From NCBI GenBank assembly GCA_965204745.1, contig OZ242010.1:2976001-3040000 (forward strand): a stretch of DNA of 64,000 nucleotides, read 5' to 3'. The notes beneath the pieces were generated by a model. The model saw only the letters and a program-made list of their open reading frames with translations. It was not told the DNA's origin and ran no database searches. Within the stretch, counting starts at the first letter, position 1. Every line of letters starts with the position of its first letter. Made by a program: the position numbers and the translations under genes. Positions 37,852 through 47,161 of the stretch are shown piece by piece. Source of the stretch: Candidatus Latescibacterota bacterium (lineage in GTDB: Bacteria; Latescibacterota; UBA2968).

Positions 37852-40749
37852 CTATTGCACGAACAGATCGTCCAATGTGACGGGTGTGACTGTGCCGAGG
37901 GCGTCGAGGGTGCTGAGGTCGAATTTGGAGGTGTCGCCCATGATGGAGATGAGTTTGGGACGCTTGGCGATGTGCTGTTTGTGGAAGTCGAGCACGAGCG
38001 GGAACTCGGCTTGGCGGATGTGCGCGAATCGCGCCTCGCGCGGGTCGGGCGTTTGGTCGCGCCGTTCCCATGTTCGCAGGACGCCGGGCAGGTCGCGGAA
38101 TTTGATTTTGGCGACGCGATACCGGTTGATCACCGAGTTTTTGGCGTCGTCAAACCGCTCGGGCGATTCGGGCAAGTCGTCGATCAATTCGACCAATGCG
38201 GTCACGGCTTCGGGGGTTTTGTCGGCTTGGCAACCGATATAGCCCCACATCACGTTTGGATCATGGCTGCGATTGCCCAAGTCGTAGCGGGCAAACGTGG
38301 CGTAGGCCAAGGCGCGGGCCTCGCGCAATTCCTGAAACACGATACCGGACATGCCCCCAGAAAAATAATCGTTGTACAGGTCGATAGCCGGGCGCAAAGT
38401 CGCGTCGAACGCGCCGTCGCCAAATTCGACAAAGACTTGGGATTGCGCGGTTTCTTTGTGAAAAAAGCGGATTTCGGTTTTGTCCGGCGCGCGCACGACG
38501 AAGTGCTGATATGGCGGCGGCGTTTTGAGGTCGCCGTCGACCGCGAGGTGCTTTTTGACCGCGGCGAGGACTTCCGCGATGGGTTTGGACCCCGCGTAGA
38601 TCAAGGTGTGTTCGTACGCGGGCAGCCCAGAGATGAGGCCGTGCAGGTCTGCGACCAGGAGTTTTTGCAGGGCCTCGGCAGAGATGCGGCGTTTGTACGA
38701 GGAGTGATCCCCGTAGCGACTGTAGTAGCGCAGGGCATTGCGGATGGCGCTGGGGTCCTTTTTCTGGTCTTCGCGTTGCGCGAGGGTGATTTTGACGAGC
38801 TCGTCCAGCGTGGCCTGATCCGCCGTCGGGTTCTGGATGTATTTCACCATCAGCGCGAGGGAGGCGTCGAAATTTTCATCCAAGCCGGAAATGCGGATAT
38901 TGGTTTCGTTGTCCGACACGCCGATGCCGAAGTCCGTGCCGAGTTTGTACCATTCCTTTTTGAGCGCGTCCGGAGACAGGTCGCCTGCGCCGGATTTGTC
39001 CATGAGTGCGCGGGCCGTGCCCAGGCGGTTGTCCTGATACGCGCCGATATCCACGCTGAGGCTGAAGGCGAAGAGGTCGTTGACCGGGTTTTTGACGTAA
39101 TAGAGTTTGACGCCGTCGCGCACGTCGGCTATCGCGTAGTCTTTGTCCGTGACGAATACGGGCGTGAGTTCCTCTGCGGGCAGGGCCAAGACATCTTTGG
39201 CAAAGGCGGATTGCCGCGTGGGGTCGATGTCGATTTTGTCGATTTTGGGCTTGTCGATTTTGGGCAAGTCGTGTTGTTCGTCAATGCGATAGCCCGCGAC
39301 ATAGTGCTCGCCAAAGTAGTGGTTGGCAACGCGCACGACATCTTCGCGGGTGAGTTTGTCCATGCGGGCGAGTTCTGCGACCTCGCGATCCCAGTCGGCA
39401 AATCCCAAGAACGCACTCGTCATTTGCCGGACCCGGCCCGCGTTGGATTCCAAGCCGCGCTTTTGCGATTTCTTGAAATCCGTGACGATGGCTGCGAGCA
39501 GGCTTTCGTCAAATTCGCCGCGTTTGATCATGGCGATTTGATCCAGCAGGAGGCGCTCGACCTCGGCGAGGGTTTGCCCCTTTTTGGGAATGCCCCACAG
39601 GTATTGCGCGCCGTAATCGTTGAGCAAGTAGGGATAGCTGCCCGCGCGCCTGACTTGTTGCTGTTGTACGAGGTTGAGGTTGATGAGGCCCGCGGTGCGG
39701 TTGTCCAAGATCATGTCGATGAGCTTCAAGGCTTCGGCGTCTTGGTGGTTGCGGTGGTTTGTGCGAAACGCGAGCAACACGTATTCCTCGCCCTGAAATT
39801 TGACGGTGTCGCGCTCCACGCTATGGATGGGCGGCTCGTCCCAGGTGTCGACCGCGGGCAGGTCTTTGGCTTCCCACGCGGAGAAGTGGTCGTCGATGAG
39901 TTGGATGGTCGCGTCAATGTCGATGTCGCCGGAGATGCTGATCGCCATGTTGTTGGGCACGTAATAGGTGTCGTAGAACTGATACATGTTTTTCAGAGAG
40001 GGATTTTTGAGGTGCTCCACCTCGCCAATCGTGGTTTGCTGGCCGTAGGGGTGATTTTTGTACAGGCGTTTGTTCACGGCTGTGCTGATGAGGCGGCTCT
40101 TGTTGTCTAAGGTGCGGTTTTTTTCCTCATAGACGACTTCGAGTTCGGGTTGAAACAGGCGAAAGACCGGGGTTTGAAATCGCTCGGATTCGATTTTTGC
40201 CCAGTGCTTGAGATAGTTGCTGGGCAATCCCACTTTGTACACGGTTTCTTCGTGCCAGGTGTGCGCGTTCAAGCCGGTTTCGCCCATGGCCTTGTAGAGT
40301 TTGTCGAGTTCGTTGGGGATGGCGTATTGCGCGGCCAGTTGAGACGCTTTGTTGATCTCGGCGTAGATGGCTTCGCGTTTTGCCGGGTCCGTTTCGCCAA
40401 AGTGTTGTTCGTACAACGCGACGATGCGGTCGAGATGCGCGCGTTCTTTTTCGTAATCCAGCGTTCCCATATTTCGCGTGCCCTTAAAGAGCATGTGTTC
40501 CAAGTAGTGCGCGAGGCCCGTGGATTCGGCGGGATCGTGCTTGCTGCCCGCGCGCACCGAGATTTCAGCGTAAAACCGCGGTTCCTCGCGGTTTTCCGAG
40601 AGATAGACCGTCAGGCCGTTGTCGAGTTTGTAGATGTGTGCGGCCATCGGGTCGTCGGGATTGGGCGCGTTGACGCGCTTGAACCCGGCAAAGACGGGCG
40701 AAGCGAGCAGTGAAAGGGCGAGCAGCGAGAGGGCGAATGATTTAAGCAT
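37852..40749 (-). CDS. M16 (insulinase) family zinc metallopeptidase, secreted
   Basis: Signal peptide; GLAHYLEHMLFKGT (HxxEH); FQELREARALAY. Confidence 0.93.
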   Translation of the reverse strand: MLKSFALSLLALSLLASPVFAGFKRVNAPNPDDPMAAHIYKLDNGLTVYLSENREEPRFYAEISVRAGSKHDPAESTGLAHYLEHMLFKGTRNMGTLDYEKERAHLDRIVALYEQHFGETDPAKREAIYAEINKASQLAAQYAIPNELDKLYKAMGETGLNAHTWHEETVYKVGLPSNYLKHWAKIESERFQTPVFRLFQPELEVVYEEKNRTLDNKSRLISTAVNKRLYKNHPYGQQTTIGEVEHLKNPSLKNMYQFYDTYYVPNNMAISISGDIDIDATIQLIDDHFSAWEAKDLPAVDTWDEPPIHSVERDTVKFQGEEYVLLAFRTNHRNHQDAEALKLIDMILDNRTAGLINLNLVQQQQVRRAGSYPYLLNDYGAQYLWGIPKKGQTLAEVERLLLDQIAMIKRGEFDESLLAAIVTDFKKSQKRGLESNAGRVRQMTSAFLGFADWDREVAELARMDKLTREDVVRVANHYFGEHYVAGYRIDEQHDLPKIDKPKIDKIDIDPTRQSAFAKDVLALPAEELTPVFVTDKDYAIADVRDGVKLYYVKNPVNDLFAFSLSVDIGAYQDNRLGTARALMDKSGAGDLSPDALKKEWYKLGTDFGIGVSDNETNIRISGLDENFDASLALMVKYIQNPTADQATLDELVKITLAQREDQKKDPSAIRNALRYYSRYGDHSSYKRRISAEALQKLLVADLHGLISGLPAYEHTLIYAGSKPIAEVLAAVKKHLAVDGDLKTPPPYQHFVVRAPDKTEIRFFHKETAQSQVFVEFGDGAFDATLRPAIDLYNDYFSGGMSGIVFQELREARALAYATFARYDLGNRSHDPNVMWGYIGCQADKTPEAVTALVELIDDLPESPERFDDAKNSVINRYRVAKIKFRDLPGVLRTWERRDQTPDPREARFAHIRQAEFPLVLDFHKQHIAKRPKLISIMGDTSKFDLSTLDALGTVTPVTLDDLFVQ

Positions 40750-40842
40750 GGCGAACTCCTTTTAAAGTGGGTGTGGGATGACGATCCTCCCCGTCTCGGA
40801 GCAGGGGAGTCGGTTACAATATACAAAGTCCAAGGCTCGTGT

Positions 40843-42075
40843 TCAACCATTTACGCAGTCTTCCGGGCGGATTTGATCCAAGCGTTGGATGACGTCCTTG
40901 GGCTGGATGCGGGTTTTGAAGAAGAAGACGTGCCCGGGCACATCCTCGAAATCCTTCTCTTCCACATTGAGATCGCGGGAGACCGCGACGACGAGGTCTT
41001 TGCGCCGGGCAAGGCGGAGTTTGTCGAGTTTGCGGCGCAGGTAATCCGGATGCCAGAAGCCGACGATTTCGAGCAGGGCCGTGCGCCCGTCCGGATGTCG
41101 GAAGGCGAAATCGGGGATGAAGACCGTGTACTTGAGGTTCACAATTTCGGTTTCGCGCTCGAGTTGCCAGTCGGTTTTGGCCTTTTCAAAACGCACGGCA
41201 AAGGTTTCTTCGAGGAGCGAATCGTACGCGGTTTGGTCTTTGTAGTGCGACGACAAGTCGTGGTTGTGGTCCAAGACAAAGTCGCCTTCTCGACCGTCTT
41301 TGAGCCGGACCGTGGCCTCCATTTTCCAGCGCGTACACAAGAGCAGGGCCGGGAGGAAGACCGCCATCTGAATCCCGTACTTTTGCGATAGGCGAAACAG
41401 GCTGATGGGGCCGTCCAAGACGATTTCGTACCCCGCGTCCCGGTCGCCGCGGATGTCGTGGATCAGGCGGTAGAACTTGATGAATTTGAAGAGCTGTTTG
41501 TAGCGCACGGGCAGGTTGCGATGCACCGAGAGGCGCATGCGCGTGCAGCGATAGAACATGGCTTGGGCCAGGGCCACGTTATAGCGATTGAGCAACCACG
41601 CGGGATCGGGCGCGTCAAAGTGGTCGAGGAGGTGGTTGAGGGGCAGGTCCGCGTACAAGCCGTGCGCGATGTTTTCCGCAGCGGTCTGGTATTGGAGGGC
41701 GACTTGGTCGAGGATGTGTTCGCACGTGACCGGGTAGAGGACGTCGGGTTCGCGCACGATGGGGTGGTTTTCCCGGCTGAGCGCGAAGACCCGCGTGCGG
41801 ATTTCTTCCGGTTCGGCGATGCTGTCGATGCGAAACTCGCAGCGGTTGTCTTCGAGCAATTTGGCAAGGCCGCGCTGAATGCGATAATCCGTGGATTCCG
41901 CGGCGCGCATGTCCAACGCGCCGTGCAATTCCCCGCGGGATTTGCCCTGGTGATCCGCGAAGATGGCGATCATTTCCTGCGCCAACGCAATGATGCCGGG
42001 CGCGGTCACATCCACATAGCGCGGCTCGATGTACGGCCCGCGCCGGCGCACGAGCAAGAGGTCAGAGGTGAGCAT
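40843..42075 (-). CDS. DUF790 family (Bax1-like) nuclease
   Basis: MLTSDLL, LYADL, RYNVALAQA, LDGP.SLF...KYG..A.FLPALL, YDS.LE..FA, FIPDF..EIVGFWHPDYL..KL. Confidence 0.88.
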   Translation of the reverse strand: MLTSDLLLVRRRGPYIEPRYVDVTAPGIIALAQEMIAIFADHQGKSRGELHGALDMRAAESTDYRIQRGLAKLLEDNRCEFRIDSIAEPEEIRTRVFALSRENHPIVREPDVLYPVTCEHILDQVALQYQTAAENIAHGLYADLPLNHLLDHFDAPDPAWLLNRYNVALAQAMFYRCTRMRLSVHRNLPVRYKQLFKFIKFYRLIHDIRGDRDAGYEIVLDGPISLFRLSQKYGIQMAVFLPALLLCTRWKMEATVRLKDGREGDFVLDHNHDLSSHYKDQTAYDSLLEETFAVRFEKAKTDWQLERETEIVNLKYTVFIPDFAFRHPDGRTALLEIVGFWHPDYLRRKLDKLRLARRKDLVVAVSRDLNVEEKDFEDVPGHVFFFKTRIQPKDVIQRLDQIRPEDCVNG

Positions 42076-42992
42076 TATTCGGCGTAGGAATGGGCGTCGT
42101 CGAGGTCGAGGAGGTCAAACCACGTCTTGACGTCCGTGCGGCCTGGGGCCACGCGGTCGCGCATGGCGTTGAAAAATTTAAGTTGCTGATCGCCTTCGGG
42201 GCCTTTGCCAGACAGGGCCGCGTTCATCTGCGCGATTTCATCTGGGGTGCGATCCGCGTGTTCGAGAACCCATTCGACGCCAAGGGCGAGGTGGATCCCG
42301 GGTTTAATTTGGGTGCGATCCGTGTGTTCGAGAACCCATTCCCCGAGTTCGATGTCGTTGACGTGGTGATAGGCCGCGTCTTGGAATTGATCCGCGGAGA
42401 TGCCGAGGAAGCCGAGGATGGCTTGGTCCAAGGGGCTGTTGTAGATGTACCCGTTCAATTTGTCGATCCGCGCGGCCCGCGCTTTATCGGCCATGCGCGA
42501 CACGCCGTACAGGCCGGCAACATCGCGGTTGTAGGGCGAGCGCGGCGCCCGTTGCGTGAGGTCCGTTTCGCGGAAACAACCCCAGTCGTCGAGTTCCATG
42601 GATTGGAGCATGGTTTTCACTTTGTCGGGGTCCGCGTCGTATTTTTCGAGGCGATCTTTCAGGCGTTGGCGGCTCGCGTCGTCAAAAGGCTCCCAGGCGA
42701 GGAGGTCATCGTTGTACGCTTGGATTTCGCGTTCTGTTTTCGGGGCGTTTTCGCGCAACCAGTCGCAGAGTTCCGCGTCGTCCATGCGCTGCGCCGCGTC
42801 TGCAAATTCACCTTGCGAGAGGCCGAGAAATTCGAGCACGATTTTGTCCAAGCCCGAGTTGTCGCCATAGAGGTGGTCGCCCATCGTGCCCGCGCAATGC
42901 GCCCGCGCCTTATCGGTCAATCGCGCCAGCGAGACAATGCCGAGCATCGAGATGTTGCTCGGCCGGCGCGGCGGTTGTTTGGTGAGGTCCAT
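42075..42992 (-). CDS. Tandem DUF5069-like domain protein
   Basis: Two copies of DLT..PR.P....G...L.R..DKARA...Y...LD...L.FLG. Confidence 0.78.
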   Translation of the reverse strand: MDLTKQPPRRPSNISMLGIVSLARLTDKARAHCAGTMGDHLYGDNSGLDKIVLEFLGLSQGEFADAAQRMDDAELCDWLRENAPKTEREIQAYNDDLLAWEPFDDASRQRLKDRLEKYDADPDKVKTMLQSMELDDWGCFRETDLTQRAPRSPYNRDVAGLYGVSRMADKARAARIDKLNGYIYNSPLDQAILGFLGISADQFQDAAYHHVNDIELGEWVLEHTDRTQIKPGIHLALGVEWVLEHADRTPDEIAQMNAALSGKGPEGDQQLKFFNAMRDRVAPGRTDVKTWFDLLDLDDAHSYAE

Positions 42993-43129
42993 AGATATGC
43001 CTTTCTAAGTGAATGGGGTTTTGGATGGCTTCGAGCGCAATATAGCCTTGGATTGGCTTCAGTGCAAGATTACTCTGCCCCATCCAAATTCGCATTACGA
43101 GATGGCTTGTTTTTTTGAAGATAAAACAA

Positions 43130-43200
43130 TTGACTTTTGAAACGCGAATTACTAAGTTAAGGCCGGTGTCACGTTGTGGTGAATTGTGGTGGATGAGGGG
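43130..43200 (+). promoter_or_regulatory. dcw promoter with MraZ-binding direct repeats
   Basis: TTGACT-17 bp-TAAGTT, followed by GTG(T/G) repeats at 10-bp spacing (43166, 43176, 43186). Confidence 0.75.
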
Positions 43201-43245
43201 TTTAGGCATATCGGCTTGTAAAATTAGTTCCCTTGGGTTTTCCGC

Positions 43246-43695
43246 ATGTCCAATAATCGCCCACAATTTTTTGGGGAATTTGAAAACATCCCCATCGACG
43301 CGAAGAACCGGTTGATCGTGCCCGCGCCATTGCGAAACGCGTTGCCCAATGGGGTGACGACCATTATCGTCACGCAGTGGTTCGATGGCTGTTTGGCGGC
43401 GTTCGACCCCGAGGGCTGGCGGCAACTCATCGATCAACTGCTCAGTATGGGCCATTCACAAGTTAAGACGAGACAACTGGTTCGGAAAATGGCGGGGAGC
43501 GCGTCAGAAGTCAAACTCGACCGCCAAGGCCGCGCCTTGATCCCGCGAAAGCGGTTGGATTCGGTCGGCATTTCAGACCGCGCAACCCTCACGGGCGTGA
43601 TCGACAAAATTGAAATTTGGGACCCCGACCGGTATGACGAAGCACAAGACAACACGGATCTCGAGAGCATCGCAGAAAATTTGGAATGGTATTGA
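43246..43695 (+). CDS. mraZ: Transcriptional regulator MraZ
   Basis: FFGEF...IDAKNRL.VP, LDRQGR..IP, IEIWD. Confidence 0.95.
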   Translation: MSNNRPQFFGEFENIPIDAKNRLIVPAPLRNALPNGVTTIIVTQWFDGCLAAFDPEGWRQLIDQLLSMGHSQVKTRQLVRKMAGSASEVKLDRQGRALIPRKRLDSVGISDRATLTGVIDKIEIWDPDRYDEAQDNTDLESIAENLEWY

Positions 43696-43769
43696 ATATT
43701 CCGAAATACAGAATAAATATGCAGAATAAATATTCGCATACTCGACTATCCTAAAAAAAACAATCTGTT

Positions 43770-44744
43770 ATGCACCACAAGGCTCCGGCATATCACGTCC
43801 CAGTTTTGGGGTCAGCCGTGTCAAATTACCTCGTAACCGACCCCGATGGAATATACGTCGATGCCACGTTGGGCGGGGGTGGGCACGCCGAACTGTTGCT
43901 CGAGTGCTTGGGAGAATCTGGCAAATTGATCGGCATCGACCGCGATCCTCGTGCCATCGCGGTTGCGACCAAACATTTGAGCGCGTTCGCAGATCGGGTC
44001 TGCGCGGTGCGAGCACCTTTTTGGAATCTCCGCGAGATCTTGACCGCTCGGGGCATCGCGTCTATCGCGGGTATTTTGTTCGATTTGGGGGTCTCGTCTC
44101 ACCAGATCGACCAGGCGGATCGCGGGTTCAGTTTTCAGCGAGATGGCCCGCTCGATATGCGAATGGGCCCGGATGCACCATGCACGGCCCGCGACGTGGT
44201 CAATTTGTATTCGCAACGAGACTTGACCCGCATCATCAAAACTTATGGCGAAGAGCGCGCGGCCGGGCGCATCGCCCGCGCGATTTGCCAGAACAGACCT
44301 TTTGATCGCACGGGCGATTTGGCCCGGGTGATTGCGCGTCACAGTTGGGGGCCGCAACGACGCAAAACACTCGCGCGGGTTTTTCAAGCCCTCCGCATCG
44401 AGGTCAATGACGAGTTGACGCATCTCGAAGACGCGCTCCAAACCGCGGTTGATTTGCTTCAACCCGGCGGGCGCGTCGGGGTTTTGTCGTATCACGGATT
44501 AGAGCACCGCGTAGTCAAACGGGTTTTTGAACGGGGCACGCGCGATTGTATTGGGCCGGTCGATCTGCCCGTGTGCGCTTGCAACCGACGGCCCGTGTTG
44601 ACGCTACCAACGCGGCGGCCCCTCCGCCCAGACGAATCGGAGATCGCCCAAAACCCCCGAGCGCGCAGCGCGGCGTTTCGCGTGGCGCAACGCCTCGAGG
44701 TTTCCGCGCAACCATGGGCATGTCATCGAGGAACTCGGTCGTGA
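43770..44744 (+). CDS. rsmH: 16S rRNA m4C1402 methyltransferase
   Basis: HVPVL, DATLGGGGH, DLGVSSHQID..RGFSF, FQALRIEVNDEL, NPRARSA. Confidence 0.96.
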   Translation: MHHKAPAYHVPVLGSAVSNYLVTDPDGIYVDATLGGGGHAELLLECLGESGKLIGIDRDPRAIAVATKHLSAFADRVCAVRAPFWNLREILTARGIASIAGILFDLGVSSHQIDQADRGFSFQRDGPLDMRMGPDAPCTARDVVNLYSQRDLTRIIKTYGEERAAGRIARAICQNRPFDRTGDLARVIARHSWGPQRRKTLARVFQALRIEVNDELTHLEDALQTAVDLLQPGGRVGVLSYHGLEHRVVKRVFERGTRDCIGPVDLPVCACNRRPVLTLPTRRPLRPDESEIAQNPRARSAAFRVAQRLEVSAQPWACHRGTRS

Positions 44745-45079
44745 AATTTATTCGGAAAATGAAGCGCGACATCGCGTCGAAGAAGCCGGATCCAGAACCG
44801 CGCCAGCCGTGGGGAATTTATCGCTCTGGGCTTTTGGCGGTCATTATTTTGGTCTTGGGCCTGTTGATTTACATGTGGGGGCACGTGCAAACCCTGCGAC
44901 AGGGCCGGGAGATCGACCGGTTGCGCGCCGAGCGCAAGACCTTGTTGCACCGGCAAGCGCGGCTCACAGCGCGCACGGCGGGGTTGAAGCAGAGCAATCG
45001 CATCCGCGATATCGCCGCGCGCGACTTGGGCATGGTGTTCCCAACTGAGCCGCCGAAGAATTTGTATTTGAGCAGGTAA
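44714..45079 (+). CDS. ftsL: Cell division protein FtsL
   Basis: Position between rsmH and ftsI; one TM, a coiled coil, RIRDIAARDLGM; start codon uncertain. Confidence 0.8.
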   Translation: MGMSSRNSVVKFIRKMKRDIASKKPDPEPRQPWGIYRSGLLAVIILVLGLLIYMWGHVQTLRQGREIDRLRAERKTLLHRQARLTARTAGLKQSNRIRDIAARDLGMVFPTEPPKNLYLSR

Positions 45080-45084
45080 ATTTT

Positions 45085-47157
45085 ATGGATACCCGATTGA
45101 AAATCATCGCGCTGTGCGGCCTGGGATTCGCGCTGCTATTGGCGTTTCGGCTGGCGTCTTTGCAGGTCTGGTCCGTAGATGCGTACGCGGATCAGGCGCG
45201 CAGCCAGCACGTCAAGAAGCGGGTTTTGCAAGCGATCAGGGGGCGCGTTTTTGATCGGCACGGCCAGGTGTTGGCGACCAATCTCGAATCCCAATCGTTT
45301 TTTCTCAATCGCATCTCGGACCGCGACAGCATGCGGCAGATCGCCGTGCAATTCTCCCAGCGGTCCGGGCAGGACGAAGCCGCTATCCTCAAAAAGATCG
45401 ACCGCTCGCGCTCTTTTGTGTGGCTCGCCCGCCACGTCATCGACGCGCCATCGCCCGAGGAATTGCCCGAGGGCATCGGGCGCATCGTAGAGATGCGGCG
45501 CAGTTATCCGATGGGGTCGTTGGCCGGGCAGGTGTTGGGCTATACGGATACCGATGGAAAGGGCATCGAGGGCATCGAGCGCGCGTTTGATCCGCTGTTG
45601 AAGGGCAAGGCGGGCGAGTTGTCCGTGCGCGTGGATGCGCGCGGGCAGATGCTCAGCACCTTGGGCGCGGTTCGGCAGATGCCGGAAAATGGCGACGATT
45701 TGACGTTGACCATCGACGCGGATTATCAGGCCATTGCAGAGGAAGAGCTCCTCAAGGGGATGGAAAAATTCGACGCCAAGAGCGGCATTGCCATCGTGAT
45801 GGACCCGCAGACGGGCGATATTTTGGCCCTGGCAAACGCGCCGTATTACGATCCAAATGCGTTTTCAAAATCGGAACTTTGGGTGCGCCGCAACCGGGCC
45901 GTGACCGATCAGTTCGAGCCGGGGTCCACCTTTAAGGTCGTGGCTTTTGCCGCCGCGCTCGAGGCGGGGTTGGTCGATCCCGAAGAGAAAATTTTCTGTG
46001 AAAACGGGCGATTGCTCGTTGCGGGCGGCAAGGTGATCCGCGATACGCACCCGACCGACTGGCTGACCGCGCGGGAAGTGATGGAAGAATCGAGCAACAT
46101 CGGCACGATTAAAATCGCGCGCAAACTGGACAAAGGCCCGCTGTATCGGCAGATTCGCATGTTCGGCTTTGGCGCGAAAACCGGCGTGGATTTGCCGGGC
46201 GAAGTCGCGGGCCAATTGCGGCATCCGGATGCGTGGTCCAATCGCTCGCTGGAAACCATCTGCATCGGGCAAGAGATCGCCGCGACCGCCCTTCAAGTCG
46301 CCGCGGCATACAGCGCGATAGCCAATGGCGGGCGGCTGATGACCCCGCGCATTTTCATCCAAGCGTCTCGGGAAGGCACGCAGACGGTCGAAGAAGGGGC
46401 GGCCAAAACGATTCGGCGGGTGATGTCGCCCCAAACCGCGCGCACGCTCGCCGATATCCTCGAGGGCGTTGTGGCGCGCGGCACGGGCAAAACCGCGCGC
46501 ATCCCCGGGTATCGAGTCGCTGGAAAAACCGGCACCGCGCAGCAGGTGAAGGAGGGGCAACCCGGGTACGACCCCAATCGCTACATCACGTCTTTTGTGG
46601 GATTTTTGCCGGTTGAACGCCCCGAACTCCTGTGTCTGGTCGCTATCGACAGCCCCAAAGATATCCACTGGGCGAGCATGGTTGCGGCGCCTGTGTTTAG
46701 CCGCATCGTGCAGCGCATCTTGAGCCTGCGCCAAGCCCCGTTGCGCCACAGCGCGCCCTTGGTGGAAGAACAGCCCCTCCCGCCTGCGCGTGCGGATATT
46801 CACTTGGTGGGCCTCTCGCGCAAAGCCGCGACCGACGCGCTCAACCGCTTGGGCATGACCTATCACATCGCGGGCGAGGGCGACCGGGTCGTGGGGCAAC
46901 ATGTGGATGTTGCGGAAAACAGCGTTTCCCTGTTTTTGTCCTCTGCGGCCACAGGGCAGCGCGACAGGGATGCAAAATCGCTTTACATGCCCGATGTGCG
47001 CGGGGCGCCCTTGCGCCAAGCGGTCGCACAACTGACGCAGTTGGGGCTTCAGATCAAAATTTCGGGCAGCGGCCGGGTCATCGCGCAAGTGCCCGATCCG
47101 GGGGTTCCGGTGAAACTGGGAACCGTGTGCGAGGTGGAATGCAAACGCGAAAGTTAG
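45085..47157 (+). CDS. ftsI: Class B penicillin-binding protein with PASTA domains
   Basis: RG...DR.G..LA, EPGSTFK, SSN, KTGTAQ. Confidence 0.93.
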   Translation: MDTRLKIIALCGLGFALLLAFRLASLQVWSVDAYADQARSQHVKKRVLQAIRGRVFDRHGQVLATNLESQSFFLNRISDRDSMRQIAVQFSQRSGQDEAAILKKIDRSRSFVWLARHVIDAPSPEELPEGIGRIVEMRRSYPMGSLAGQVLGYTDTDGKGIEGIERAFDPLLKGKAGELSVRVDARGQMLSTLGAVRQMPENGDDLTLTIDADYQAIAEEELLKGMEKFDAKSGIAIVMDPQTGDILALANAPYYDPNAFSKSELWVRRNRAVTDQFEPGSTFKVVAFAAALEAGLVDPEEKIFCENGRLLVAGGKVIRDTHPTDWLTAREVMEESSNIGTIKIARKLDKGPLYRQIRMFGFGAKTGVDLPGEVAGQLRHPDAWSNRSLETICIGQEIAATALQVAAAYSAIANGGRLMTPRIFIQASREGTQTVEEGAAKTIRRVMSPQTARTLADILEGVVARGTGKTARIPGYRVAGKTGTAQQVKEGQPGYDPNRYITSFVGFLPVERPELLCLVAIDSPKDIHWASMVAAPVFSRIVQRILSLRQAPLRHSAPLVEEQPLPPARADIHLVGLSRKAATDALNRLGMTYHIAGEGDRVVGQHVDVAENSVSLFLSSAATGQRDRDAKSLYMPDVRGAPLRQAVAQLTQLGLQIKISGSGRVIAQVPDPGVPVKLGTVCEVECKRES

Positions 47158-47161
47158 AGCC

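Noticed and set aside
37501-40110. 869-aa + strand ORF
   Set aside because: Antisense shadow of the M16 peptidase in GC-rich DNA, with no motifs. The same applies to 26178-27620, 45865-47163, 61480-62874 and similar long antisense ORFs.
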